Shown here piece after piece: positions 41,901 to 52,968 of a DNA stretch of 64,000 nt. Position 1 is the first letter of the stretch. Every line of letters begins with the position of its first letter. The translations under genes were made by a program, and so were the position numbers. The stretch is from Selaginella moellendorffii (taxonomy: Eukaryota > Plantae > Lycopodiophyta). The stretch covers positions 422,833-486,832 of the forward strand of contig NW_003314281.1 in NCBI RefSeq assembly GCF_000143415.4, given 5' to 3'. The notes under the pieces were generated by a model. That model was not told the origin of the DNA. It saw only the letters and a list, made by a program, of their open reading frames with translations, and made no database searches.

Positions 41901-44900
41901 TCATCCCCCCCTCTCAGGATAATGGAAGACCATCAGGGTTCTCTTGTAGACGGGCCTAGATCTGGAGGAACATCAAGAGGAGGCATCGGCGGATCTGTAG
42001 ATGGTATTAACTGCTCCTGATCCCTTTGTATGAAGTGTTTCAACCGCTGCACATGCACAATCTCTGGAGGATCGGCCTGCTGGACGTCATGCCGAACCTC
42101 ATAAACTTGTGGTCCAACTGGCCGCAACACCCGATACAGTCCTTTCCACTGTGCAAGGAGCCCCTTAGATAAACCACATACCGTAAAATGGGGAAAACGG
42201 ACTAACACCAAATCATCCACTTTATACTCCGCAGGTGGACGATGATGGGAGTTGTAGTGCTGTTGTTGTCCCACTTGTATGCGGCCTAAGTGTTCGGCAG
42301 ACTCCACTCGGACAAGTGGAAGAATGCTTGTCAAATATTGATCCCATGACCTAGTATCCGCAGCTCGTGGCAATCGCGAAGGTAAATCCAGCTCTGTTGG
42401 TAATATTGGATCATGACCATATAGAAGTTTATATGGTGAAGCACCAACAGAACTCTGCACCCTAGTGACATATGCATACTGAAGAGACGGCAAATAACCA
42501 TCCCAATCTGAATGCTGAAAGTTCACATACTTCGCAATCATCCCCTTGAACGTCCGAACGAGCCGTTCCACCAGATCGTCTGATTGTGGATGATAAGCAC
42601 TCGTGAAAGTGTGGCGAATCCCCAACCGAGACTTCAAAACATGAAATGCCTCAGCCATAAAAGCAGGACCATTATCCGAAAGAATCCGCTCTAGACAAGA
42701 ATGCTGGAACACCACTCGATTGAGGACGAAGTATCCAACAGCAGTTGCAGAAGCACTAGCAAGAGCACCAACTTCCACCCAACGAGTCAAATAGTCATAA
42801 GCAATAATAACATACTCATTGCTAGCAGTTGACTATGGAAAAGGTCCCATAAGATCAAACGCCACCAATTCAAATGGACGGGAAACTGCAATTGACTCCA
42901 ACCGTCCTTCTGCAGTCTGAGGGGGAGTATTACGAGCTTGGCACCAAACGCAGCTACGCATATACCGGATAATATCACATCGCATCTCCGGCCAATAGAA
43001 AGACCTGTGTAGCTTCTCGATTACACGACGATGTCCCATATGCCCACCTAGAACAGGAGAATCATGGTAGGCATGGAGAAACCGCGGAATAAAGATAAAA
43101 GGCACCACCAGCCGTAAATGATCATCAGGATCTGTCCCCACAAAATAAAGAAGGCCACCTTCAAGACGATATTGAGAATGTAAATGCCGAAAAGGCAAGT
43201 CATCAGCAAGTGATGCAGGATTCTCAAACCCATCTCGAAGCCTTCGAATCCATGGCTCAATCTTTTGAGCCTTGCGAACCTCATCAAGTGAAGGTTATAG
43301 CGCATGTGATCATGGGATGAGATTTGGATATACTATTACCGTGGATCCTTGGAACCTTGGGAGATAAATGGGGATAAAATAGCCACTAAGGGCTCTCTCA
43401 TAAAGCAATTGCCCCTTTTCCAGTTGGCTTAAGGGGAGAGAGATAAAGTGCGCTACAAAGGTAGATCTTGCTCTGCACCTTGTGGACACTGAACGTTAAG
43501 TATAGCAACCGCCAACGGCACAGAATCCTCGTCTAGAAAATCCACAGATGCTGGAACGACAGGCTCGTCAGAAACATGAGAAGAGAATGAAGAAGGAAGA
43601 GGAGCTCGAGAAAGGGCATTAACATCAGCTATAGAACTCCCTGGGTGGTGAACAACATCAAAATCATATATCTGAAGCTTCAAAGCCCACCGAGCAGTAC
43701 GACCAACCAAGTTCTTTCGCTTTAATAACGAAGTAACAGCAGCATGGTCACCTTCAAGTAACGTCCGAGAACCATGTAGATATGCATGAAGTTTCTCGAA
43801 ACCCCAAACTGCTGCTAAACACTCCTTCTCTGTCGTGGAGTAGTTCATCTCTGCTGGTTGTAATGTACGGCTTATATATGCAATGGGATGGCACTGACCA
43901 GGCACACTCGAGCTCTCTTGCATTAACACACCTCCAAGACCAATGTCAAAAGCATCCACGCGCAAAATAAAAAGTCGAGTGTAGTCAGGATATGCCAAAA
44001 CCGAAGGAGTTGTTAATAACTTTTTGAGATCCCCAAACGCCCGCTCACAATCCGGAGACCAGATGAAAGATGATGTTGATGACTTCAGCAACGCTCGCAA
44101 TGGTGCAGTGTGATCAGAAAGATGATCCACAAAACGCCTGAGATACTGCACCTTGCCCAAGAAGCGCTGCACATCATTCACACACTTCGGAGTAGGGAAC
44201 TTTAGAACAGCCACAAGTTTGTCAGGATCAACTTGCAAACCCTCATGAGAAATACGGTACCCAAGATAAGTTGTGTCTTTGGATCCAAACACGCACTTCG
44301 ACCGCTTCAGCTTTAAACCAACGTCGCATAGCCGATCCAACACTTTACAAACATCATGAACGTGCTCCTCCCACGTCCCCTCCGAGTGGATCAAGACATC
44401 ATCAATGAAGTCAGCAGTCACCTCCGGCATATCGCAAAGAACCTCGTCCATCATTCATTGAAAAGTTGCTGGAGCATTGTTCAAACCAAATGGCATCACC
44501 AAGAACTCATACAAACCAAATGGTGTACGAAAAGCAATCTTAGGAATATCTTCTTCGGCCATCGGTACTTGCCAGTACCCAGAAGCAAGATCTAGCTTGG
44601 TGAACCAACGACTTCGCCCCAGAAGATCCAAGAGATCAGCAGTGTGAGGAAGAAGGTACACATCCGGGATCATTACGTCGTTTAACGGACGATAGTCGAT
44701 GTAGAAACGAATACTCCCATCAGGCTTCGTCACAAGATGAGGTTCACATGCCCAAGGACTTCGCGACTTCCGAATAACACCCTTCTCCAACATCTCCTAG
44801 ACATTTGCACGTAAAATCTTGATCTCCTTTGGTGACCAACGACGAACAGGAACCTTGATTGGACGAGCATCCCCAGTTGGAATCGGATGACGTGTAGCAA

Positions 44901-45526
44901 TCTTGGCTCTAGATGATAGGTCAAAGTCAAAGAGATCAAAATACTCCTTCATGAGCTGGTCAACTGCTGCAACACAAAGATTGTCGGAGGGATCGGAAAA
45001 GGGAAGAGTAGAACAAGATGGAAACACAGGAGGAAATAGTAGGGGAACAAAAGTAATGGAAGCAGAGGTAGAAGTAGAGGGATGAAGAGGTACAGATGTG
45101 AGAGGAATGGAGGAAACATAAGGAAGTATGAGACAAGGGGGAGAAGCCTCAAAGTCACACTTGGCATGAGTGCGCTGTAACCAATCCATACCAAGAATGA
45201 GGTCAAAAGCTTGACTCGGCACCACCTACAACGACTGCAACTCAAGCTCGAAATCGCCCACACGCACAACCAGGTCTGCCTCATCCCGTGCACATGCATG
45301 TGTACGGCCGTTGCCATAAAGAATGAAAACTGGTTCCGCCGCATGACGCAAGTGTAGACGACAACGTGTGGCAACAGGTCGAGCAATAGAAGATAAACTC
45401 GAACCTGTATCAACCAACACGGAGAGAATAATAGGAGACCTATTGTTATAAAGATGAGCTTGAAAAGTAAACACTGGATGAACTGGTGCCGAGTGAACCC
45501 CTTGATGATACTCCCAAAAGAAATAT

Positions 45527-45588
45527 GGAGGGGTCATTGACTTATTCGCGCAAGGTCCCTCCATTACTCACGCGACTCCTCGTTTCCC
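45527..45588 (-). other. Putative -1 programmed ribosomal frameshift signal (G_GGA_AAC, 6-nt spacer, H-type pseudoknot)
   Basis: The gag frame reads CCG GGA AAC GAG GAG. Stem 1 is TCGCGTGAG/CTTGCGCGA and loop GGAGGG pairs with downstream CCCTCC. The protease ORF is in the -1 frame. Confidence 0.75.
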
Positions 45589-46496
45589 GGATTCATCTCG
45601 ATGTCCAAACCTTCCACTGCAGCAGCACCAACGGGACGTTGTTGACGCCAAGGTCTCCACCCAGGAAATGGAGGTCGCCAATCCGGAAAGCGCCGACAAT
45701 GTCGATAAGTATGACCAACTTCATCACACGCCCAGCAATGAACATCACGGCCACGACCACGTCCTCGTCCTTGTCCTTGGACTCGAGTAGCAGCAGCATC
45801 AACCTCCATGGGAACAGGACCATCACTCATAGAAAGTGGAGTGGATGGACGTGCAGTGAGAAGTGGAAGAGGCGACGTCTCATAACGTTGTGCCAAGCGA
45901 AGAGCATCGTCAAGGGTGGCAGGAGCAAGTGCATGCACAAGGCCGACAAGATCTTGACGAAGTGCTGGCCACAACATTCCTAGCTTGATCCGCTCCGACA
46001 TATTGGGCTCCGCACGAAGCAAAAGACTTCGGAAACGAACGCCAAATTGCATCACCGACTCAGATGGCCCTTGGCGAAGACGATGCAATTGTTGGAAGGC
46101 ATCGTCACAATCGTCGGCATGTCCGAAGGCGCGTTTGAAGACGTCCGGAAGAACACTCCAATCCTCACGAGTGGCCGCACTCAATCCATTGTACCATTGT
46201 AACGCCGTCCCTTGGAGACACGTGGGAAACTCACGTAAACAACAATCATCATCCCAAGAATGATATGTGGCAATCACCGTGAAGTGATCGAACCAATGGT
46301 ACACATCATCCCCGGGATTCCCATGAAAGAACTCCGGCCGAACGCGAGGATTGGCACCAAGAGCAGGAGGAGTTGGACCACGTGCCGTGAATGCTGCCAT
46401 CAATTGAGTTTGGTTGTTCAATTGCAAGCGCATAGCATCAAGCAATTGGACCAACTGCTGCTCGAGAGTCAAAGGAGGAGATTGTTGATCTGCCAT
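45564..46496 (-). CDS. gag: Retrotransposon Gag (open 310-aa ORF) with CCHC zinc knuckle
   Basis: PEFFHG..DVYHWFDHF, LQGTALQWY, LRQGPSESVMQF, PVPMEVD, CX2CX4HX4C. Confidence 0.9.
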   Translation of the reverse strand: MADQQSPPLTLEQQLVQLLDAMRLQLNNQTQLMAAFTARGPTPPALGANPRVRPEFFHGNPGDDVYHWFDHFTVIATYHSWDDDCCLREFPTCLQGTALQWYNGLSAATREDWSVLPDVFKRAFGHADDCDDAFQQLHRLRQGPSESVMQFGVRFRSLLLRAEPNMSERIKLGMLWPALRQDLVGLVHALAPATLDDALRLAQRYETSPLPLLTARPSTPLSMSDGPVPMEVDAAATRVQGQGRGRGRGRDVHCWACDEVGHTYRHCRRFPDWRPPFPGWRPWRQQRPVGAAAVEGLDIEMNPGNEESRE

Positions 46497-46729
46497 GGAG
46501 ACGAATGAAAAAGAAAGAGCAAAAGAAGAGAAATGACAAAATGCTAGATGGAAATGGTAGATCTAGACAATGCCAAAAGCTAGATCTAAACCAAAATCCT
46601 GAAAACAAAGAACAAAAAGAAGGAAATGGAAAAAGCTAGATCTAGACAATACAAAAGCTAGATCTAAACCAAAATCCCAAATTCAAGCACTCCTCAGAGA
46701 CAATTAAAAGTGCCCCTCATCTCCACCAA

Positions 46730-46904
46730 TGTGAGTGCTTGGAATATGGAAAGGGAGTATAGAAATGTGCATATCAATTAGCCCAAAAACCCTAACTTAT
46801 ATACAGGAGCGAGTGGTCTAGATTGAAACTAATCTGACGGCTACCAAAATTCCATTACGCTAATATTAGTATACGGCATCGTAGCCATACACTTGGCCCT
46901 CACA
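46730..46904 (-). repeat. 5' LTR of the Ty3/gypsy element
   Basis: 175 bp, followed on the minus strand by the PBS. Confidence 0.92.
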
Positions 46905-47383
46905 AACACTTTTTTCTATTTGAGTTCAAAATAATATATATAATAACTTTTCATAAAATACAATAAATTTCTTTCAAATAATTATATAGTTTTTATAGTG
47001 TTAAAAATGATGGTAAAACCTACAGTTTTATAACTCATTTTTATCTCCTTAGTATAAATCTGTAAATCTACTTAAATTTTGATCTATGGATTGATGGATT
47101 GTTAAATGATTAAATTTCACATCAAAATTAGTAAATTATGGATAATCTGATGAGTAGTTAAAATGTATATAAATCAGTTTTATAACTTTTATAATACATT
47201 TGAAATACTTGAATTTTACTTTAGTTTATTAGTTTTAGTTTATAATGCAACATCATTTTGCTAGGTAGAAGTTTTAGCTTTAAACCTTCCTTTTTTCAAA
47301 TAAAGAAAAAAATATTCATTAGGGCTATGCAGAGGGAATCTTTGCATATCCTCTTAAACCCGCCCACGAGGCTAGGGCTATAG

Positions 47384-50300
47384 ATGCATTGTTTGCGAAG
47401 GCTATCGATCTCTTGTCCTTGCCACGGTCGTCCCATCGGAGCTCCATTTCTTAGGCCGTCACTGCTAGGGCTGTGCACAATGTCTAGATCGAGCCACAGG
47501 GGGAGAGCGCAAGGACGAGGCGGCCGCGGGGGGAGAGGCGGCGGCGGCGGCGGACGAGGAGGAGGAGAGCAGCGATGGTGGGATCCTGCCTGGAGGGCTG
47601 AGAGGCTGAGGCAAATGCGCGAAGAGGTCGGATAATCTGTGGCCTGCGGTGTGTGATTTTCTTTTTTTTTTTATCTTAGAAGGGATTCTTTGTTTGTTGG
47701 CAATTGTAGAGGGGTCCCGATGTGGAATTGGACGAGGATGAATGGTGGACGAAGCTGGAAGAGCACAAGTTCTCGGACGAGGAAGAGATTGTGATAAAAA
47801 CGAACTATGGACGTGCCGGCGCTGATAAGCTCGAGGCAATGGCTCGTGAATCTGGATTTTATTTGTGAGTTTTTTTTTTTTTGTTTTGTTTCCTTTAGTT
47901 CTTTGTCGCTGATTCATACTCCTTGGCTGCAGTCATGCATATAACCGAGGCCGGAACACGGTGCTGGTTATCAGCAAAGCTCCTCTGCCCAACTATCGAG
48001 CTGATCTTGACGAGAAGCATGGACAGTCGCAGCGTAAGGTATGTTCGTAAGCGCTTCCTTGATGGTTTTGAGTGGTCTTTTTTTCCAGATCAGTATCTCA
48101 GCTGACACAGAGACGCATGTTGAGTCCATGCTAGCGAAATCAATTGGAAAAATCTCGGTGGTGAAAGACTGCGCTGGAACATCTTCACACGGTGACGACA
48201 GTACTTTGGATGAACGTCGGAAAGGTGTTGTGAACGTCAACAACACCGAGCTCAGTGCAAGGCTAAAAGCGCGTCAAAAAGAACTACAGGCTAGGCTGTT
48301 CGAGTTTTGTTCTTGAATTGGGTTCTCATCTTGTGAAATTTTCGTCTTTACAGGCCGGTCCGGCAGCAAAGTCAATGACATCTTTCAGAAAGAAGCTTCC
48401 TGCTTTTAAAATGAAAGATGAGATCCTGCAAGCGGTTTCTCAAAATCAGGTAAATTTTAATATTTATGATGCATGGAAGAGTGGAGTGAAACTCTTTGCG
48501 GAAAGGTGCTAGTAGTCTCCGGAGAAACAGGATGCGGGAAAACCACGCAGTTGCCACAGTTTATTCTCGAAGAAGAGATAAATGCAGGGCGAGGCGCGGC
48601 TTGTGACATAATTTGTACACAACCTCGAAGAATTTCCGCCATATCAGTTGCTACTCGCGTTGCTGATGAAAGGGGAGACGAGCTTGGTGAAAGTGTTGGC
48701 TATCAAATCCGACTGGAGGCCAGGCGTTCGCAAGAGACGAGGCTACTCTTTTGCACGACTGGTGTGCTTTTGAGACGTCTGGTATACTGTATTCCATGAT
48801 TACGCTTTAGCGATTTTTACAAACTGTTTTGCAGGTTCAAGATCCGCTGCTAGAGGGCGTCAGTCATGTGATAGTCGATGAAATACACGAGCGTGGAATG
48901 AACGAAGACTTCCTGCTGGTTGTTCTACGAGACCTTCTACCGAAGAGGCCTAAGCTACGTCTCATTCTCATGAGCGCAACTATCAATGCCGATATGTTCT
49001 CCAAATATTTTGGCAATGCACCGAAGCTGCACATTCCGGTTAGCACTTTCTTTTTCCTGCGTGTGTAGCTGAACGTGTTCGAATTGCCAGGGTTTTACCT
49101 TTCCCGTTCGAGAATTTTTCCTGGAAGATGTTGTGGAAAGTACTGGATTCCAATCACAAAATAACCAAGCAAGTTCTCGGTTTTCTGGAGGAAGACGAAT
49201 TGAGAAACAAAAGGATTCTCTGACTGAACTTTTTGAGGTACTCCAACTTATTGCCCCGACTGAATTTTCTCAACTGTATCGACAGGAAGTGGTCATCCAA
49301 GATACATACAAGCAATTTTCCAAGTCAACAAGGAAGTATTTGGAGTGCTGGAATCCAGAAATCATAGACCTTGACCTGGTATGGATTTTCCAGTATTCTT
49401 TCCCCTGAAATTTCTTAAATCCGATTGTGAAGGTGGAGGCAGCAATTCAACACATATGCGAAGAGAAGGACGATGGTGCTATTCTGGTATTCTTAACAGG
49501 TTGGGATGACATTTCCAAGCTTTTGGACAAGCTGAAACTCAATCCATCCGTAAGAAATGAACTGCTGCTTCCTCTGCATGGATCCATGCCTACAATTAAT
49601 CAAAGGCAAATATTTCAACGCCCTCCACCTGGTGTAAGGTAATGCTTCCGGCTGATCGTTTTGATTTCTAACTTTCTGCTTTCAATGCAGAAAAATTGTC
49701 TTAGCGACGAATATTGCAGAAACTAGCATAACTATTGATGACGTTGTGTATGTTATCGACTGTGGGAAAGCTAAGGAAACTAGCTATGATGCTCTTAACA
49801 AGCTGGCGTGCCTTCTTCCATCCTGGATATCCAGGGCTGCTGCTCATCAGGTCTGAATTTACGTCCTTGGTTCTTAGCTGAAGGATTTCTAGCACATTTT
49901 CTTGCTTTTATTTGCCAGAGAAGAGGACGAGCCGGAAGGGTGCAACCTGGAATTTGTTTTCATCTCTACCCGAAGCTGATGTACGATGCTATGGCACAGT
50001 ATCAGCTTCCAGAAATCCTGCGAACACCCCTGGAATCTCTTTGTCTGCAGATAAAGAGCCTACAGGTCGGAAGTATAGCGAAGTTCTTATCTAAAGCTCT
50101 GGAGCCTCCAGAGCTCCGTGCTGTGGATAATGCTATTGAGTCTTTAAAGACGATCGGTGCCTTGGACGATCGTGAGGAGCTGACGTCTCTTGGTACGATT
50201 CAAGCCGCGGTTTCTAAGACATATGAGCTAACTCTGGTTGCAGGTCGACACCTTACAACATTGCCGTTAGATCCAAAGGTTGGCAAAATGCTGCTGATGG

Positions 50301-51299
50301 GAGCCATATTTCAGTGTCTAGATCCAGCGCTAACGATTGCGGCAGCCTTGGCTCACCGGGATCCTTTTGTTATTCCGATCGATAAGAGAGATGCTGCTGA
50401 CGAAGCGAAACGAAGGCTCGCAGGAAACGCGAGAAGGTACTTTTCTATTCAGTCAAGCCTTGATTTTCATGGGGTTCTTTTTATGATGTTGATAAGCAGT
50501 GACCACTTAGCTCTAATGAGGGCATATGAAGGTTATATAGTTGCCAAGCGACATGGACGCGAACGCAATTATTGCTGGGAGAATTTTTTATCTGCACAGA
50601 CTCTACAATGGATGGACGGTGCGAGAGAACAGTTTTACGACCATCTTTCTAAGATTGGCTTCGTCGATAACTCATCAAACTCAGCAAACTATGCGGTAGA
50701 GTTTACTTTGCAATGTCTGTCTCCAACTTACGATGCATTTCTCGTCCAGGCTTACAACAAGCACAGTGACGATCTGGAAATGGTTCGTGCGGTTTTGTGC
50801 GCTGGTTTATACCCGAACGTCGTGCAATGCAAGGCAAGGGGAAGACGAACAGCGTTTTTCACAAAGGACGATGGCAAAGTCGAGCCTCATCCGGCCTCTG
50901 TCAACAGTCGAGTCGGCCAGTTTGCACAGCCATGGCTCGTCTACAGTGAGAAGGTGAAGACAACCGGGATCTACCTTCGGGACACCACCAACATTTCCGA
51001 CTATGCTCTTCTCATGTTTGGAGGGCCGCTCGTCTCAAACGGCAAAGGTGTGGAGATGCTCGATGGCTATCTACAATTCACAGCGTCTGCCAAGACCATG
51101 GAGCTTGTAAATGTAAGTTGCTGTCCTTGCAAGAGTTTCTTTTTAACAGCTTTTGTGTGCCCAGGCATTGCGGTCGCAGCTAGATGACTTGCTCACGAGA
51201 AAAATCAAGGATCCAAGATTTGATATACATAGAGAAGGGAAACATGTGGTAAGCGCAGTTTTGGCATTGTTGCATTGCGAGGAGAAGCAATATTATTAG
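47384..51299 (+). CDS. DExH-box ATP-dependent RNA helicase, DExH1/DHX36-like; multi-exon
   Basis: RGG-rich N-terminus then [17 protein letters not shown]; [17 protein letters not shown]; CTQPRRISA; DEIHER; MSAT; LPLHGSM; [11 protein letters not shown]; [12 protein letters not shown]; HA2 and OB-fold segments. In-frame ATGs at 47384 and 47480. Confidence 0.93.
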
Positions 51300-51399
51300 T
51301 GACGAATATTTAATTTGCAATTAGTAAGCTTGCAATCCATTCTTCTACCGCCGATTTGAAATAGTTAGAATGGTTATACAATTTCCCTTTTGCTCCTGA

Positions 51400-52880
51400 A
51401 AAAAGTACGTCGCCACACCTCGGACATGGAGGCAGTAAAGAACTTGATGTCGTTGCAAATGAGTACACACCTTCGCAACAGTCGACAATGGCGCAGTTTT
51501 GGATGAGGCAGTGGATTTTGCCATCCAGAAGCTACGCCTTGGCGAGCCTCAGAAATGGAAGAAGAACTCTGTGTATATCAACTGTATATGGATGGGTACA
51601 TATACATTGAAACTACTGCCACGCGCACATCATCTCTACCTCTAACACCAAACACCTTCAAATCACGCGGAACCTCTGTAGTTTTCCCTTGGATCTGAGT
51701 TTAAATCCACGGAGCGCGAATTGTTGCTATTTTTACCATCAATCAGCACGTCAGCCAGGACTATACCCGCTCTTCATGACAGGAAGCGTAGCTGACGCAT
51801 GGTTCTCGACTTTCCCACCCAGAGCTCTGCAGCACCATATGTAGTGCTGCACAGCACCACGCCGCATATTGATCTGGCCTTTTAATCCAGTAAGAGCCCA
51901 TCAATAGCCTAGTACTTTTGCGAGGATCCTGGAAGGGGAATCCCATGCCACCTTTAGCGCATCTTCGACAATCTTAGACATTTCTTGGGCTTTGGAGATG
52001 CATGCTTGACCACGGCCGAAAGAGGCCTCGACATGTCCCCGCCGTTTTGAATCGCTGCGATCAGCACATATCCAGTCGCCATCGGCTTCTCTCATCCATT
52101 TCTGCGCAAGGTAATTGAGAGGTGGGATCACGTCGGAAGCGAAGTCCACACGCCACGCGAGCAGCAATCCCAGCACGTAGCGCCATTGGTCCTTCGCTAC
52201 ACCGATCTGTCTTGCAGCGTCGACAAGCTCGTTTTCTCTGATGATACGCCTTGTAAACCTGGCCAAGCATAAGCACGAGAAAAACACGCCGTCAAATAGA
52301 CTCAGGCGTCCATTCTGTCACCTTGCAGTCTACCAAAGCTTTCAGCACTCCTCATAGAACCTCTCGCCACCAACAAAACTTGGCAACGCGTCTGGCTGCA
52401 TATATATCAATCAGATCAACGAAGCTGCGACCGCCAACCTTAATAAACAGTTTGCCCACTGGATATTCTCCGTCTAGTGGAAATCTCTCCATTCTCAATC
52501 TCATCAATCTCAAGGTAGCCGTAATACCATGCCGTCTTGTCCCAGGCTTGGAGGAAAACGGGAGGACGACACTTGACACCCAGTCCAGCAGTTAAAATCA
52601 AGCTGCCAATCGCGTAGTTCTTCCAACTGCATGAAAACAGTTTTTGGTTAAGCAAACGTTAAGGATAATTTCCTTACTCTGCGAAGTCCACAGTTTTATT
52701 TCCAACTGATCAAGCTCAGATCACGAAGACACCAGAGTGCTTCTTCGTTCTGCATTTGAGTATCAATGCTTGTGGTCGTCGGAGTTGCCGTGTCTTCGAC
52801 GTCGACCACGTCGTGCTCAGATTCCCAGCAGGAAATCTTCTGCTTCAAAGCTGCAAGGTAGAGATTTACAAAAAAGAGCA
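51400..52880 (-). pseudogene. Gene-like ORF fragments of unknown family, interrupted by stops
   Basis: Short coding-looking stretches with intron-like breaks (e.g. RFTRRIIRENELVDAARQIG..., WKNYAIGSLILTAGLG...) but no recognisable motif and no continuous model. Confidence 0.25.
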
Positions 52881-52968
52881 CGAGTACTTATCGCCCCCAA
52901 AACCCTGAATAAATCTTCGAATATGCCGATGTTCGATTCCTAGAATATGCTATTTACAAAAAAAATTT

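Larger units (their letters stand above)
41726..46904 (-). mobile_element. Full-length Ty3/gypsy LTR retrotransposon (gag, PR, RT, RH, IN; no chromodomain); pol disrupted by stops and frameshifts
   Basis: 175-bp TG..CA LTRs at 41726-41900 and 46730-46904; TSD AACA; PBS tggtggagatgaggggca; PPT gagagggggggatga; gag knuckle CWACDEVGHTYRHC; PR LVDTGSS; RT LDLASGYWQ..MPFGL..FIDD; RH YSTTEKECLA; IN HDSP..GHMG..CVWC, SDNG, VER. Confidence 0.95.
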
